Both the position numbers and the translations under genes were made by a program. The notes below the pieces were generated by a model, which made no database searches, had not been told where the DNA came from, and saw only the letters and a list, made by a program, of their open reading frames with translations. DNA of 63,093 nt, counting the filler, from Myxococcota bacterium (GTDB lineage: Bacteria; Myxococcota_C; UBA6777): NCBI GenBank assembly GCA_023150835.1. It is 3 parts of 3 records of this genome, joined end to end, with 100 filler letters (N's around TTAATTAATTAA, not from the genome) between each part and the next. Parts side by side here need not be neighbours in the genome. Positions count along the whole stretch, not along the records: positions 1 to 22,213 come from JAKLKB010000118.1; 2 more parts are not named here. One strand, written 5' to 3'. This document shows, piece after piece, positions 9,894 to 20,230 of this stretch. Positions within the stretch are counted from its first letter, which is position 1. Every line of letters starts with the position of its first letter.

Positions 9894-11174
9894 TTATCGG
9901 ACAGACGAGGGCTGATCGATGGCCGCGATGGCCGAAAGATAGAGGGTTTCCAAACGTAGCAGACTGGGGATGCTGACCCATTCAAAGGGGGCGTGGGCCT
10001 CTTCTCCACGCGGCCCAAGGACGACAACAGGCTTGTGCAATTCGCCACCGAAGCGGTTTTCATCGGCGACCGATACGCCCATGCCCCATTCGACAGGACA
10101 GTGGGTCTCTAAGGCTGCGAGTACCGTCCGAACAAACGGATCTTCGGGCGAGACCACATAAGGCAACAGCGGTGGCGTTGGTCTTGGGCGCAAGGAAACA
10201 TGGGGGCGCACAAGAGATCCTCCACGCTCGACATGGCGCAAGAGTCCCGTTTCAAGAGCTTCTTCGATCCACTGCTCCATCTGAGAACAAGCTTGTTGCG
10301 CGTTTTCTCCCGGAACCAAGACGCGGTTAACGATCAGTCTGGCACGTTCGGGTATCGAAAGCGCCCCCATGCCGCCTTCGATCCGCGTCACCAACACGCT
10401 CGAACGTACCGCCTGCGCACTGCCCGAAAAAGGAAAATAGGGCGCGTAGCCACGAGACTTTTCTTCGATCCACAAAGCCAACCGCGCTGCTTGCGAGATC
10501 GCGCTGACACGATCATCTCGATAAGGCTCCGCCCCATGCCCCCCTGTACCCGGCACATCCACCACCAACTCGCATCGGCCACAGCGTCCCAAAGTCACCA
10601 AACAACTCCCTGCGACGGGCTGGACAGCCGATTCTCCGACTTCGGGAACCATCACGCCGATCACATCTTCCCACAACGACGGGTCTTGACAAAGGACATG
10701 GCTCCCAAGCGACCAGAACTCCTCATCACAGCCCAAGATCAAACGCAATTTGATATGCTGCGGCTGGATCTGGGCAGCGACCCGCATCAAGACCGCCACA
10801 CCGCCTTTCATATCGTTGGCCCCCAACCCGATCAAGACTTCTTCTTGCTTGCCATCGACCCAACGAACCCCTCTGTGCGGCGTCAACGCTTGTTCGTAGG
10901 TCCACCCGTCTTTGACTTCGACCGTATCGACGTGGGCGTACAACACCAACACGCCCTCACCACGGCCTTTTTCTGCGATCAGATTCTTTCGCCCACCTCC
11001 ACAATCTTGCTCGCGCACCACCCATCCGACCGAACGAAGATGCGCCCCACAAGTCGCCAAGATCGCCGCCTCGTTTCCATCGATCTGCCACGTCCCATCG
11101 GGCTGCTGTTGCGCACGAAACGGATTGATCGAATCGATGGCGATCAGAGAAGCACACCACGCCACAACATCCAT
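9894..11174 (-). CDS. M20/M25/M40 family metallopeptidase (ArgE/DapE-like)
   Basis: AHVDTV, G.GANDMKGG, CDEE, GGHG, AHAPFEWV. Confidence 0.88.
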   Translation of the reverse strand: MDVVAWCASLIAIDSINPFRAQQQPDGTWQIDGNEAAILATCGAHLRSVGWVVREQDCGGGRKNLIAEKGRGEGVLVLYAHVDTVEVKDGWTYEQALTPHRGVRWVDGKQEEVLIGLGANDMKGGVAVLMRVAAQIQPQHIKLRLILGCDEEFWSLGSHVLCQDPSLWEDVIGVMVPEVGESAVQPVAGSCLVTLGRCGRCELVVDVPGTGGHGAEPYRDDRVSAISQAARLALWIEEKSRGYAPYFPFSGSAQAVRSSVLVTRIEGGMGALSIPERARLIVNRVLVPGENAQQACSQMEQWIEEALETGLLRHVERGGSLVRPHVSLRPRPTPPLLPYVVSPEDPFVRTVLAALETHCPVEWGMGVSVADENRFGGELHKPVVVLGPRGEEAHAPFEWVSIPSLLRLETLYLSAIAAIDQPSSVR

Positions 11175-11187
11175 CCCAAGCCTCCGA

Positions 11188-12930
11188 TCAGACGGTCTCT
11201 TCCATCGAGATGTCCAACAATTGACAAGTCTTTCGGATCACATCCAGCGCATCATCAGCCAAAGCATCCGCCCCTGTAAAACGAAACTGATCAGGAAAGC
11301 GACTGAGGAATGGTCCACCCACAAGGATCGGGATCTTTTGCATCCCTTGGCGATCCAAAAGTTGGCGGATGTAGTAGGTCATCTGCACGCCCGCTTCGGT
11401 GCGCAACATCAAGCAAAGCAGCGAAGCACCCGACGAAAGCGTCGCTTCCAAAAAGCGCGACGGCGTGACCCGCGACCCCAGATCGATCACTCCGAATCCA
11501 GCCGCCCGCAAGAAGTCCACCAGCATCTCTGACGATCCCGACTCACCGACAGGACGGCCCAAAACGATCATCCCATGAATGGGCGGTCGCCCCGCAAAAA
11601 ACGGCCACAGCCGCTCCATCACCATCCGCAACACACCATGCAGCGCGGGAAGCGGTGGAGGGAGTGTTCCTCCATGTGCCGCTGCTCCTTGCAAGATCCG
11701 CCAGATCCCACTGCCCAGCATCTTTCGATAGATGGACTCTGCCGAGGCCCCTTCATGGAAAGCCGCTTCGATCACCTGCACTACACGGGCTTCATCGCAC
11801 GCGATCAAGGCTTGCGCAAAGTCTTCCAACAACAACGGCTGCTTTTGTCGCCGTGGGGCTGGGCGACGGCGAGCGTCGACCAACAGCTCAAGATCGACAG
11901 GCAAAGCCTCTAACGCCCCGCTGGAGGCGACTTCGGACGCTTTGGCCGTCAGATATCCTTCGTCACGCAAAGTCAACAAAGATCCCAACACCGCCAGATC
12001 CGTCGCACCCTCCAACTTGTCGAGCAAAAATCGCAGAGAGACGCCTTCGCCCGTCTTTTGAAACACCTGCAAGCTCGATTGTGCAAGCTCTGAGAGATCC
12101 ATCGAAGACGGTTTTTCTGTTCGCAAAAACAGCACGTCGCGGCCCGGTAGGCGCTTTAACAAAAGCTCGTATTCATCGCGCTGGCGGATGCCTTCCATCA
12201 AAGCAAACTCCAACTGCGCCAAGGCCGCATCCCCCCCGATCTCAGCGAGTTCTTCTGCGCTCTCGCTGTGGAACAAGAAGTCTCCGCCCTCTTTTTGCAA
12301 CGCACGAAAAAGCGCTTTTTCCCCCCGTATTCCCGCAGGATACGCACGCACCTCCAACAACACCCCTTCGCGCAACACAAAGACATAGCGTTGCTTGCCT
12401 TGGTGGACTTCCAAACGGCCGCTGCGTCGGTTTTGATGAAGCACCTGCATCAGATCAGGCAACGAGAGATGCGCCAGATCGCCCTTGAGCCCGGGTTCAG
12501 CGACGACCTTTGGTTCGTGTGTCCCACCTTCGATCAAGGCTTGTACATGGGCCAACAGATCGGCGAGCGACTCTGGATCTCTTGGTTTCGGCAAAAAGAG
12601 ATCCGCGCCTTCTTGTGCGGAACCAAAGACCGCTTCTTCAGGTGCGCCGATCATCACAAAGGGCAACGAACGAAAACGCTCGTGGGATCGAACTTTCGAC
12701 AACAATTCCCCGCCGTCCATGTACGGCATCAGGTAATCACAGATCACCACATCCGGTTGCTTTTGACGGATCGACCACAACGCAGCGCGCCCATCTTGGG
12801 CGGTTTCCACGTCATACCCATGCTGCTCAAACGAAGATTCTAAACGCGAAAGCAATTGAGGTTCGTCCACCACCAACAAGATGCGCAGCGTTTGTTCTTG
12901 GATCGACTGTGGGTTTTCTTGTTGCGTCAT
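11188..12930 (-). CDS. Response regulator: REC + DUF4388 + cobalamin-binding-like domain
   Basis: REC (CDYLMPYMDG, PKP); GDL..LSLPDLMQ.L...RRSGRL (DUF4388); C-terminal DFLRAAGF.VIDLG and ILVGG B12-binding fold. Confidence 0.8.
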   Translation of the reverse strand: MTQQENPQSIQEQTLRILLVVDEPQLLSRLESSFEQHGYDVETAQDGRAALWSIRQKQPDVVICDYLMPYMDGGELLSKVRSHERFRSLPFVMIGAPEEAVFGSAQEGADLFLPKPRDPESLADLLAHVQALIEGGTHEPKVVAEPGLKGDLAHLSLPDLMQVLHQNRRSGRLEVHQGKQRYVFVLREGVLLEVRAYPAGIRGEKALFRALQKEGGDFLFHSESAEELAEIGGDAALAQLEFALMEGIRQRDEYELLLKRLPGRDVLFLRTEKPSSMDLSELAQSSLQVFQKTGEGVSLRFLLDKLEGATDLAVLGSLLTLRDEGYLTAKASEVASSGALEALPVDLELLVDARRRPAPRRQKQPLLLEDFAQALIACDEARVVQVIEAAFHEGASAESIYRKMLGSGIWRILQGAAAHGGTLPPPLPALHGVLRMVMERLWPFFAGRPPIHGMIVLGRPVGESGSSEMLVDFLRAAGFGVIDLGSRVTPSRFLEATLSSGASLLCLMLRTEAGVQMTYYIRQLLDRQGMQKIPILVGGPFLSRFPDQFRFTGADALADDALDVIRKTCQLLDISMEETV

Positions 12931-13094
12931 CGCCGCTTCTCCTGCTTCAACATGATCAACAACCCGCGCATCATACCCCAGATATCTGTGTCGCGCTACT
13001 CTTACCTCAAAGGATTAGGTCGTTGTTGCATACCTCGGATATCTGTGTCGCGCTGCTCCAGATCAAAGAACGAGGACGTTGCTTGTAGGAGAGT

Positions 13095-13862
13095 TTATGG
13101 GCGGGGCGAGGGTTCGATGCTTTTGCCCAACTGTCGGGCGCGCAGACATCCCTGACGAAACCCTTGTCGACACGAGCGCCGCAAGAAACGCAACGCCTCT
13201 CGGGGTTGTCCCTTGCGCATCAGCAACAGTCCCAAACGTGCGCATTCGATACTTCCGCCACGCAACGCACAACCGATGCGGAACAACTTTTCTGCGCGCA
13301 CCGCATCTTTGGACTTGGTTTCATAATGCCAACCGAGATAGCCGCAGCCGGGCGCGTATTTGAGTGTGCAAGCGCGTTTGAGCAACGGGATCGCCGCCTC
13401 TTCGCGCTTTTGTGCAAACAACAGCCGCGCCATCCGATGACATCCACGCCCGTCTCCGAGATGACAACCTTGTTGGTACAGCGCTGCTGCTTTTTGGCGG
13501 ATCGTCGGGTCGCTGGACTTGTTCGCGTACTCGCCTGCACTGGTGCATCCGTCGGGCTCTTTGAGCGAACAAGCCCGTTGATACAAGCTCCACGCTTCTT
13601 TGGGATCACTCAGCAACAGCGCCAACAGATAACACGACGTACCTTGTGGCTTGATTTGCGCAAAACAGGCTTTTTTGTAATAGATCGCGGCCTGCTTGAT
13701 CTGCTTTTTCTGTTCCAACAAGACGCCTGCTTGTGCGCATTGTAAGGCCATCCCTGCTTCGTCGCACTGCATCTGCAACAGCCCAAGATCGGGCTTTTTG
13801 GTTTGCGCCGATCCGCCCTCACACCACAGCAAACTACACAACCCAACCACCCAAAAACGCAT
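13095..13862 (-). CDS. Sel1-like/Hcp Cys-rich repeat secreted protein
   Basis: Repeated Y.KAC......C..LG units; signal-peptide-like start MRFWVV. Confidence 0.82.
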   Translation of the reverse strand: MRFWVVGLCSLLWCEGGSAQTKKPDLGLLQMQCDEAGMALQCAQAGVLLEQKKQIKQAAIYYKKACFAQIKPQGTSCYLLALLLSDPKEAWSLYQRACSLKEPDGCTSAGEYANKSSDPTIRQKAAALYQQGCHLGDGRGCHRMARLLFAQKREEAAIPLLKRACTLKYAPGCGYLGWHYETKSKDAVRAEKLFRIGCALRGGSIECARLGLLLMRKGQPREALRFLRRSCRQGFRQGCLRARQLGKSIEPSPRP

Positions 13863-13912
13863 GGCTCTCTCCTTTCGGTGGGTTCGATGATTCCACGATG
13901 CTGCTTTGTGCA

Positions 13913-15394
13913 TCACGGATGGCAATCTCCCGCAGGAACGCGCCCTTTGCGCAGGGCTCGCTCACGCGAAGCAAAGGCCGCTCGTTGGGCCTCAGGAATG
14001 AACAGGCGTGAACGACAATCTGCACGATGAAAAAAGCGCGACTTCTTGTGGCCGATATAGCCTTTGGTGGCGGGAAAAGGGGGAGGATTGATCACGTCTT
14101 TTCCCAAGGCAGGTGTGCGATACCACGATCCGTCTTCTTGCATGGCTTGGGGTGCAGGAGCTGGCTTTTCGGGCCCTTGGTTGCGGCTGCTTGCGATGGC
14201 TCGGCCTGCATCATCGTCAGAGGGCAGTTCGTCCAGTCGGATGTTCGTTCCTGTAGCTCCCGATGTTTCCGACTGATCCGATGCGATAACAGGAGCTTGT
14301 TCCTGCCATCGCTCCAACAAGACATAGCCTTGTGTGTGGCGCTTGGCCGTCGATATCCAGACGGATCGCCCGTCGCTACGCAGCCACAGATGCCCTTCGC
14401 GGGCAACGCTTGCGATCTTTGTGCGCATCCCACGCAGTCGCGCAGAGACTTCTTCTGCAAGCGTAAACGCACCTTGCTGTGAAGTCGAAGCCACCGCCAT
14501 TTTTGCACCAACTGCACGCAGCAGGTTTTCAGGATTCGACGCCTCACGTCCAAATTCCGCCAGTTTCACGATACCGCTGCGCAACGCCGCACGTTTGCGC
14601 AACAGCCCACGCACACCGTCTTCGCGCAAAGCGCCAAGGAAAAGCACCGAAAAAACACCTTGTTCGATCCGCAAGATCAAAGAGCGCCCCTTCGTGCCAG
14701 AATCCAAGACCCGCAACTGAGCCGACCCCACCGAAAAGATCTCACCTTTGCGTGCGGGCTTCGTAGAGATCCGCCGTTTTCGCAATTTGCGCAAAAGCGC
14801 CTTGTAGCCGTCTCCTCGACGCCCGCCACGCGGCCCCAAAAACCGTTCCACCGAAAAAGCCTCCAAGATCGCCTTGCATCCGCCTGCTCGCAAACTATCG
14901 TGCTGAACGATCACCAACAGCGACAGTCGTTGGACGCCTTGGGCCTTTAACAGCTTAACCAGCCTACTTGCGGAAGACTCGGCCCCTGCGTTGATCAGGA
15001 CATCTTGCCCTCCCGCACGGATCAGCGTGGCCTCACCCGCCCCGATATCCAAAAGCTGCACTTGCACATCCGACGCCCACGAAGGCCACGCCATGCACAA
15101 CACCAAAATCGTCCATCCATACCCAACCAAGCGATGCAATGTTCTGCGCTCCTTTGTCTCTTCGTTAGGCAAGCCCTCCCCCAAACAACCGAATGATTCG
15201 ACGTTTTTTGCGAAGAATGCTTGCGCGACGGCGTATTGTGGCACACCTCGCAGAAAAAACAAGCGCGCTTGACATCGCTCCCCCCCGACATACAATCGGA
15301 CCTTGCGCTTCTCTTGCCCTTTCTTCGATAGCTCTGTTTGCTGGCGGCAGACAAAACACAAGAAGCCGCTGTATTCGGCGATTTGGCAAAGCAA
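13913..15394 (-). CDS. ComEC-like MBL-fold protein with C-terminal Ada-type metal-binding-like domain (degenerate)
   Basis: LDIGAGEATLI, LINAG, SLILRI, LFLG; C-terminal S..FHR.DC...F.S.E.A...G..P...C.P; true start probably downstream of 15394. Confidence 0.7.
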   Translation of the reverse strand: MLCQIAEYSGFLCFVCRQQTELSKKGQEKRKVRLYVGGERCQARLFFLRGVPQYAVAQAFFAKNVESFGCLGEGLPNEETKERRTLHRLVGYGWTILVLCMAWPSWASDVQVQLLDIGAGEATLIRAGGQDVLINAGAESSASRLVKLLKAQGVQRLSLLVIVQHDSLRAGGCKAILEAFSVERFLGPRGGRRGDGYKALLRKLRKRRISTKPARKGEIFSVGSAQLRVLDSGTKGRSLILRIEQGVFSVLFLGALREDGVRGLLRKRAALRSGIVKLAEFGREASNPENLLRAVGAKMAVASTSQQGAFTLAEEVSARLRGMRTKIASVAREGHLWLRSDGRSVWISTAKRHTQGYVLLERWQEQAPVIASDQSETSGATGTNIRLDELPSDDDAGRAIASSRNQGPEKPAPAPQAMQEDGSWYRTPALGKDVINPPPFPATKGYIGHKKSRFFHRADCRSRLFIPEAQRAAFASRERALRKGRVPAGDCHP

Positions 15395-15490
15395 GCCACC
15401 GCTCGCGTGCGCTCCACCTTTTCTACACGCGCCTTCGGGATGTGGAGCATTGGGTTTCCCAATCAGACCCGTGGCATCTGGAGTTTTTTT

Positions 15491-16813
15491 ATGACGGTAT
15501 ACGAGTTAATCCGCAAAAAGAGAGACGGACAGCGCCTATCTTCCGAAGAGATCCGCACCTTTATTCAAGGCTACGCCAACGAGACCATCCCTGACTACCA
15601 AGCTTCGGCAATGGCGATGGCGATCTTTTTTCGCGGCTTGTCGGATCACGAACTGATGGCGTGGACACGTGCGATGCTCGAATCAGGCGATGTCTTCGAC
15701 CTTTCCAAAGTACAAGGCTACAAAGTCGACAAGCACTCGACAGGTGGTGTGGGCGACAAGACCTCTTTGATCCTTGCTCCGATCGTTGCAGCCGCCGGAT
15801 ACTACGTCCCGATGATCAGTGGGCGCGGCCTCGGACACACAGGCGGAACCCTCGACAAACTCGAATCCATCCCGGGGTTTTCGACCAACCTCCCCACCGA
15901 ACGCTTCCAAGAGATCCTCCAAACCTGCGGCTTTGTCATGGCCGGCCAAACCCGCAACCTCGTCCCTGCCGATCGCAAACTCTACGCACTGCGCGACGTG
16001 ACGGCCACCGTCGAATCGATCCCCCTGATCGCTTCAAGCATTATGAGCAAAAAGCTCGCGGAAGATATCAACGGCCTCGTCCTTGACGTCAAGTTTGGCG
16101 ATGGTGCCTTTATGAAAGATATCGATAAAGCCCGCGAACTTGCACAAAAACTCGTATCCATCGGCCTCTATATGCACAAAGAAGTGATCGCTCTGCTCAC
16201 CGATATGAACCAGCCGCTTGGAACTCACATCGGTAATAGTCTCGAAGTCGTCGAGTCCTGCGAAGTCTTGCGCGGTCGCGTTCGCAACGATCTCAGTGAC
16301 CTTTCCTTTCACCTTGCTGCCGAGATGATCGCGATGGCACGCGGCGACAAAGACCTAACCGATGCGCACAAACGCGTCCACGAACTGATCGCCAACGGCG
16401 CTGCCTTCCGCAAGTTCCAAGAGATCGTCACGGCCCAAGGCGGCGATCCCCGTAGTCTCGAAGATTACAGCCGATTGCCTCAAGCACGAGGCGTCACCGT
16501 ACTCACCAGCCCAAGCGACGGGTATATCGGTTCGATCTCCTGCGAAAAAGTCGGTAGACTCGCGGTCCAACTCGGCGCAGGTCGTGAGCGCGTGGAAGAT
16601 GGCATCGATCCTGCGGTCGGTTTCATCTTCCACAACAAAGTCGGGGCCAAAGTGCAACGCGGCGACCACCTTGTCACGGTCTATTACAACGACGAAGCCA
16701 AGATGGAGACCATCCGAGACGGCTTGCTCAGCAGCTTTCGCTTTCAAGAAGAACCCATCGAACCACCCGAATTGATCCGTGAACGTGTGATCGGCGAAAC
16801 CAACAGCCCGTAA
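15491..16813 (+). CDS. pdp: Thymidine/pyrimidine-nucleoside phosphorylase
   Basis: IPDYQASA, DKHSTGGVGDK, SGRGLGHTGGTLDKLESIPG, SSIMSKKLA. Confidence 0.95.
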   Translation: MTVYELIRKKRDGQRLSSEEIRTFIQGYANETIPDYQASAMAMAIFFRGLSDHELMAWTRAMLESGDVFDLSKVQGYKVDKHSTGGVGDKTSLILAPIVAAAGYYVPMISGRGLGHTGGTLDKLESIPGFSTNLPTERFQEILQTCGFVMAGQTRNLVPADRKLYALRDVTATVESIPLIASSIMSKKLAEDINGLVLDVKFGDGAFMKDIDKARELAQKLVSIGLYMHKEVIALLTDMNQPLGTHIGNSLEVVESCEVLRGRVRNDLSDLSFHLAAEMIAMARGDKDLTDAHKRVHELIANGAAFRKFQEIVTAQGGDPRSLEDYSRLPQARGVTVLTSPSDGYIGSISCEKVGRLAVQLGAGRERVEDGIDPAVGFIFHNKVGAKVQRGDHLVTVYYNDEAKMETIRDGLLSSFRFQEEPIEPPELIRERVIGETNSP

Positions 16814-16852
16814 ATCATCCCCGGCTTTCGGGCCGCATCGCTCACACAACAG

Positions 16853-17020
16853 CGAGCCGCCGTTCGTCTACAACCCACAAACGGTCTTGCGCTCACACAG
16901 ATACCCTTTGCGTACCTTGCCGAGCCGCCGTTCGTCTACAACCCATCAACGGTCTTGCGCTCATACAGATACCCTTTGCGTACCTTGCCGAGCCGCCGTT
17001 CGTCTACAACCCATCAACCC
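16853..17020. repeat. 68-bp intergenic tandem repeat (~2.5 copies)
   Basis: cgagccgccgttcgtctacaaccca... starts at 16853, 16921 and 16989. Confidence 0.85.
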
Positions 17021-17108
17021 GTCGTTCGCACGCATCGCCTGTCGCTTTGTCATGTCGCGTCTCTTGTACTCTCCCCGCGAACGACCCCACCACGGAGGGG
17101 AAATCACC

Positions 17109-18002
17109 GTGACTACACCTCTCGATGCTACCGCCTACTTGCACCAAATCGATGCAGCCGTCCGCTCCATCCGACAGATCAGCGATCAGATCCCTGAGAT
17201 CGGCGTGGTTCTTGGCAGTGGACTTGGCTATCTTGCCGAAGAAGTCGAACAAGCCAACACCATCCTCTACGAACAGATCGAAGGCTTTCCACTCACCTCC
17301 GTCCAAGGACACGCTGGAAAGCTCGTGCTTGGCGAACTTGGTGGGCGCAAAGTCGCCTTCTTTTGCGGGCGCGTCCATCTCTACGAAGGTTTCGCCCCCC
17401 ACGAAGTGGTCTTTCCGATCCGTGTCCTACGCAAACTCGGCGCACATACGCTCTTGCTCACCAACGCATCGGGCGGCATTAACCGCGATTTTGAAGCAGG
17501 CGACCTGATGATGCTCACCGATCACATCAACTACACCTGCCAAAATCCACTCGTCGGCCCCAACCTCCAAGACTTTGGCCCCCGTTTCCCCGATATGACC
17601 CACATCTACAGCCCCAACCTCCAACAAGTCGCCCGCCGTGTAGCCCTAGAACACGGCATCTCCCTTCGTGAGGGCGTCTACCTCGCCACCCTCGGCCCTA
17701 GCTACGAAACCCCCGCAGAAATCCGCTTTTTCCGCACCATCGGAGCCGATGCCGTCGGGATGTCCACTGTCCTCGAAGCCATCGCGGCTCGCCACGCACA
17801 GATGCAAGTCGCCGCCGTCTCTTGTGTCGCCAATCTCGCCGCTGGCGACCATCACGCCGAACTCACCCACGAAGAAGTCACCGAAGCCGTCAACGCAAGC
17901 CGTGAACCCTTTGCTGCCCTACTCAAGGGCTTGATCGCTGCCACTCCTACCCCCGATCCCCTTCCGCCCGCACTTTCACCCGTCTTTGGAACTCCGCTCT
18001 AG
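17109..18002 (+). CDS. punA: Purine-nucleoside phosphorylase (trimeric type)
   Basis: VLGSGLG, GHAG, GRVHLYEG, GPRFPDM, GPSYETPAE, DAVGMST; GTG start after GGAGG. Confidence 0.93.
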   Translation: MTTPLDATAYLHQIDAAVRSIRQISDQIPEIGVVLGSGLGYLAEEVEQANTILYEQIEGFPLTSVQGHAGKLVLGELGGRKVAFFCGRVHLYEGFAPHEVVFPIRVLRKLGAHTLLLTNASGGINRDFEAGDLMMLTDHINYTCQNPLVGPNLQDFGPRFPDMTHIYSPNLQQVARRVALEHGISLREGVYLATLGPSYETPAEIRFFRTIGADAVGMSTVLEAIAARHAQMQVAAVSCVANLAAGDHHAELTHEEVTEAVNASREPFAALLKGLIAATPTPDPLPPALSPVFGTPL

Positions 18003-18051
18003 CCACGCTCCTTCTTCACGCTCCGTTACAACCCCCGATCCCTGCGCGTCC

Positions 18052-18903
18052 TCAAGCCCCGCCGTCCTGCTTTTTCGCCGCGCCTTTGTCTTTGTGCTGA
18101 TCGTATGGCGCGGGGGCCAGTCGTGCAAAGGTCGCCAACGCCTGTACGACTTCTGGATCACGAACAGCCTCTTGGTACGGTGATAACCACAACAGCAACG
18201 TCGAATCACGACGACCTTGGCGGCGTTGGTTGGCTTTGGTCAGCAGCGTCGTCTCTTGGCGGATGCGCTGGAGCTTGGGGCTGTCATACAGCGCTTTTAA
18301 CTCGGGATGTTGGCGCATCACCCGCGCCCGCACGGTGGCATTGGCTCGCAGATGTTGAAGCGCACGCAGTCCTTTCGCGGTGTCTTCCATCGCACGCAAC
18401 ACAGGTTCGTGTTCTTTCAGTAGCTTCATCGTAATGGAGGCTGGCTGGATCATCGCTGTTCCACGACCATCCTTGTACAAAAAGACCGGAATCAAGGCCA
18501 CCAACAGCGATACCACCCCCAAAAACAAGATCAAACCACGCACCGCCCCCAACAACAAGCCACCGATCTTCGGCATCACACCGCCTCGCACAACGGGGTT
18601 GCCTTCGTCGTCCACTTCGATCCGCACACCCGCCTCCGCTTCTCGCGGCATCCGCTTGATCAAGAACAACAGCCCCACATACAACGCAAACCACAAGATC
18701 GCTGTCGCCAAAAACTGCCCACCCAACGGGCCGATCTTCGCTATCCCCCCAACCATCGGCCCCAACGGACCCGCCAACAAACGCGCCCCAATATAGGCCA
18801 ACACCAACGCCACCAAACTCATCACCTCATACACCGCTCGGCGTTTCCATCCCAAAACCGCCGCCATCGTCACCCAAAGGCACGTCAACACGTCCGCAAG
18901 CAT
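18052..18903 (-). CDS. CvpA family membrane protein
   Basis: Four hydrophobic helices, GWKRR..YEV, GG.LLGAVRG. Confidence 0.65.
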   Translation of the reverse strand: MLADVLTCLWVTMAAVLGWKRRAVYEVMSLVALVLAYIGARLLAGPLGPMVGGIAKIGPLGGQFLATAILWFALYVGLLFLIKRMPREAEAGVRIEVDDEGNPVVRGGVMPKIGGLLLGAVRGLILFLGVVSLLVALIPVFLYKDGRGTAMIQPASITMKLLKEHEPVLRAMEDTAKGLRALQHLRANATVRARVMRQHPELKALYDSPKLQRIRQETTLLTKANQRRQGRRDSTLLLWLSPYQEAVRDPEVVQALATFARLAPAPYDQHKDKGAAKKQDGGA

Positions 18904-18960
18904 CGTTCCCTCCTGTTTCTTTTTCTTTCCTTGGCCGAATCTCGCAGTTCGATAGGCGAA

Positions 18961-19077
18961 GTGGGCCGCTGCCCCACGCCCCGCAAGGGGTTGCAAACCC
19001 CTTGACCCCGTGTTGGCGAAGAGATCACAGGGGTTTCAAAACAACGACCCCGTCGCTTGAAGGTGCGCGAACACGGG
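18961..19077 (+). repeat. Dispersed ~120-nt three-hairpin repeat, copy 3
   Basis: gtgggccgctgccccac gccccg caaggggttgcaaaccccttg accccgtgttggcg...tttcaaa...cgcttgaa...cgcgaacacggg. Confidence 0.88.
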
Positions 19078-19107
19078 TCTCTCTCCTATGCGGAACGCCT
19101 CGCTTTT

Positions 19108-20208
19108 TCAGGTTTTTCCCAAATATACCGCAAGCAAGGCGATCCAATTGTTCACGCTATGCAAAAAGATCGGTAGCCACAAGGAGCGGCTTTGCGCATA
19201 CGCACGCGCCAACAAATAGCCCAAAAATCCCAACGGCAAGATCGTTCCCATTTCCAGATGCACCAAACCAAAGATCAATCCACTCCCCAACGCGGCGCGT
19301 TGCATCCCCCACATCGGCTCAAGCGCGTGAAACAAAACCCCCCGATACAACAGCTCTTCTGCGATCGGCGCTCCCACCACCACCATCACGATCGCCAACA
19401 AATGCAGATAGATCGGATTGCTTGCATGAAACAGCCCTGCCACCGCTTGTTTGGGGGATGCTATCCCCAACTGACCCAGAACAAAGACATACACCCACGA
19501 AAACAACATCATCGACGGAAAAAAGATCAGCACCCACCACAACGTCATCCGCAAGGTCGGCCACCCCCAAAACATCTCCTCCCACGTCAACCCTCGGATA
19601 TTCCGCCCGATCTGGACATACAACCACGCGATCACGATCTGCCCACCCAACGACAACAACACCAAGCCTGTATAACCCAACACGCTGCTTGGCTTCGCCT
19701 GCGGAAAAAACGCCGTCCACAGCGCATACAAGATCAACTGCACAAGAAAGTTGATCACAAAGATCAGCACAAAGTCCGTCCACCAAAAGCGTCCTTGCCG
19801 CAACCAAGACGGCGGTGTCATCGACCAAACAAAACCACCCCAACCTCCTCGACGTTGCGCACGTTCCAACAACGCTTGGCGCTCCAACAAGCGGTCGGCC
19901 TCTTCGGTAGCATCGGCTTCTTCGGTGGCATCGGCCTCTTCGACACTATTCGTGGCATCGGTGTGTGCTTGCCTTCGCAAAAGCATCTCTTTGGAGAGAT
20001 CCTGTGTGACGGAATATGCGCCGTTAGGCCAACGGGAAGGCTCACTTCCCTGATCTTTTGTTTCTTTTGGTTCCACAACACCCTCTCTTATGATCCGACA
20101 CATCATCCCCAATGCGATGGGCAAAGATCCCCTTTCGCACTTCGTTTCGCGTGCGCAACCTGCACGCTTCCGCGTTGCAGTTCTACCCCAAAGCCGACCG
20201 CAGCGCAA
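19108..20208 (-). CDS. CPBP (Abi/CAAX) intramembrane metalloprotease
   Basis: APIAEELLYRG, FGLVH, H..NN motifs; start uncertain. Confidence 0.88.
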   Translation of the reverse strand: MRCGRLWGRTATRKRAGCARETKCERGSLPIALGMMCRIIREGVVEPKETKDQGSEPSRWPNGAYSVTQDLSKEMLLRRQAHTDATNSVEEADATEEADATEEADRLLERQALLERAQRRGGWGGFVWSMTPPSWLRQGRFWWTDFVLIFVINFLVQLILYALWTAFFPQAKPSSVLGYTGLVLLSLGGQIVIAWLYVQIGRNIRGLTWEEMFWGWPTLRMTLWWVLIFFPSMMLFSWVYVFVLGQLGIASPKQAVAGLFHASNPIYLHLLAIVMVVVGAPIAEELLYRGVLFHALEPMWGMQRAALGSGLIFGLVHLEMGTILPLGFLGYLLARAYAQSRSLWLPIFLHSVNNWIALLAVYLGKT

Positions 20209-20230
20209 AGAAGATCTTTTGTCTTGACGG

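Noticed and set aside
16853-17020. 68-bp periodicity typical of CRISPR repeat plus spacer
   Set aside because: The whole unit is repeated, so the would-be spacers are not unique
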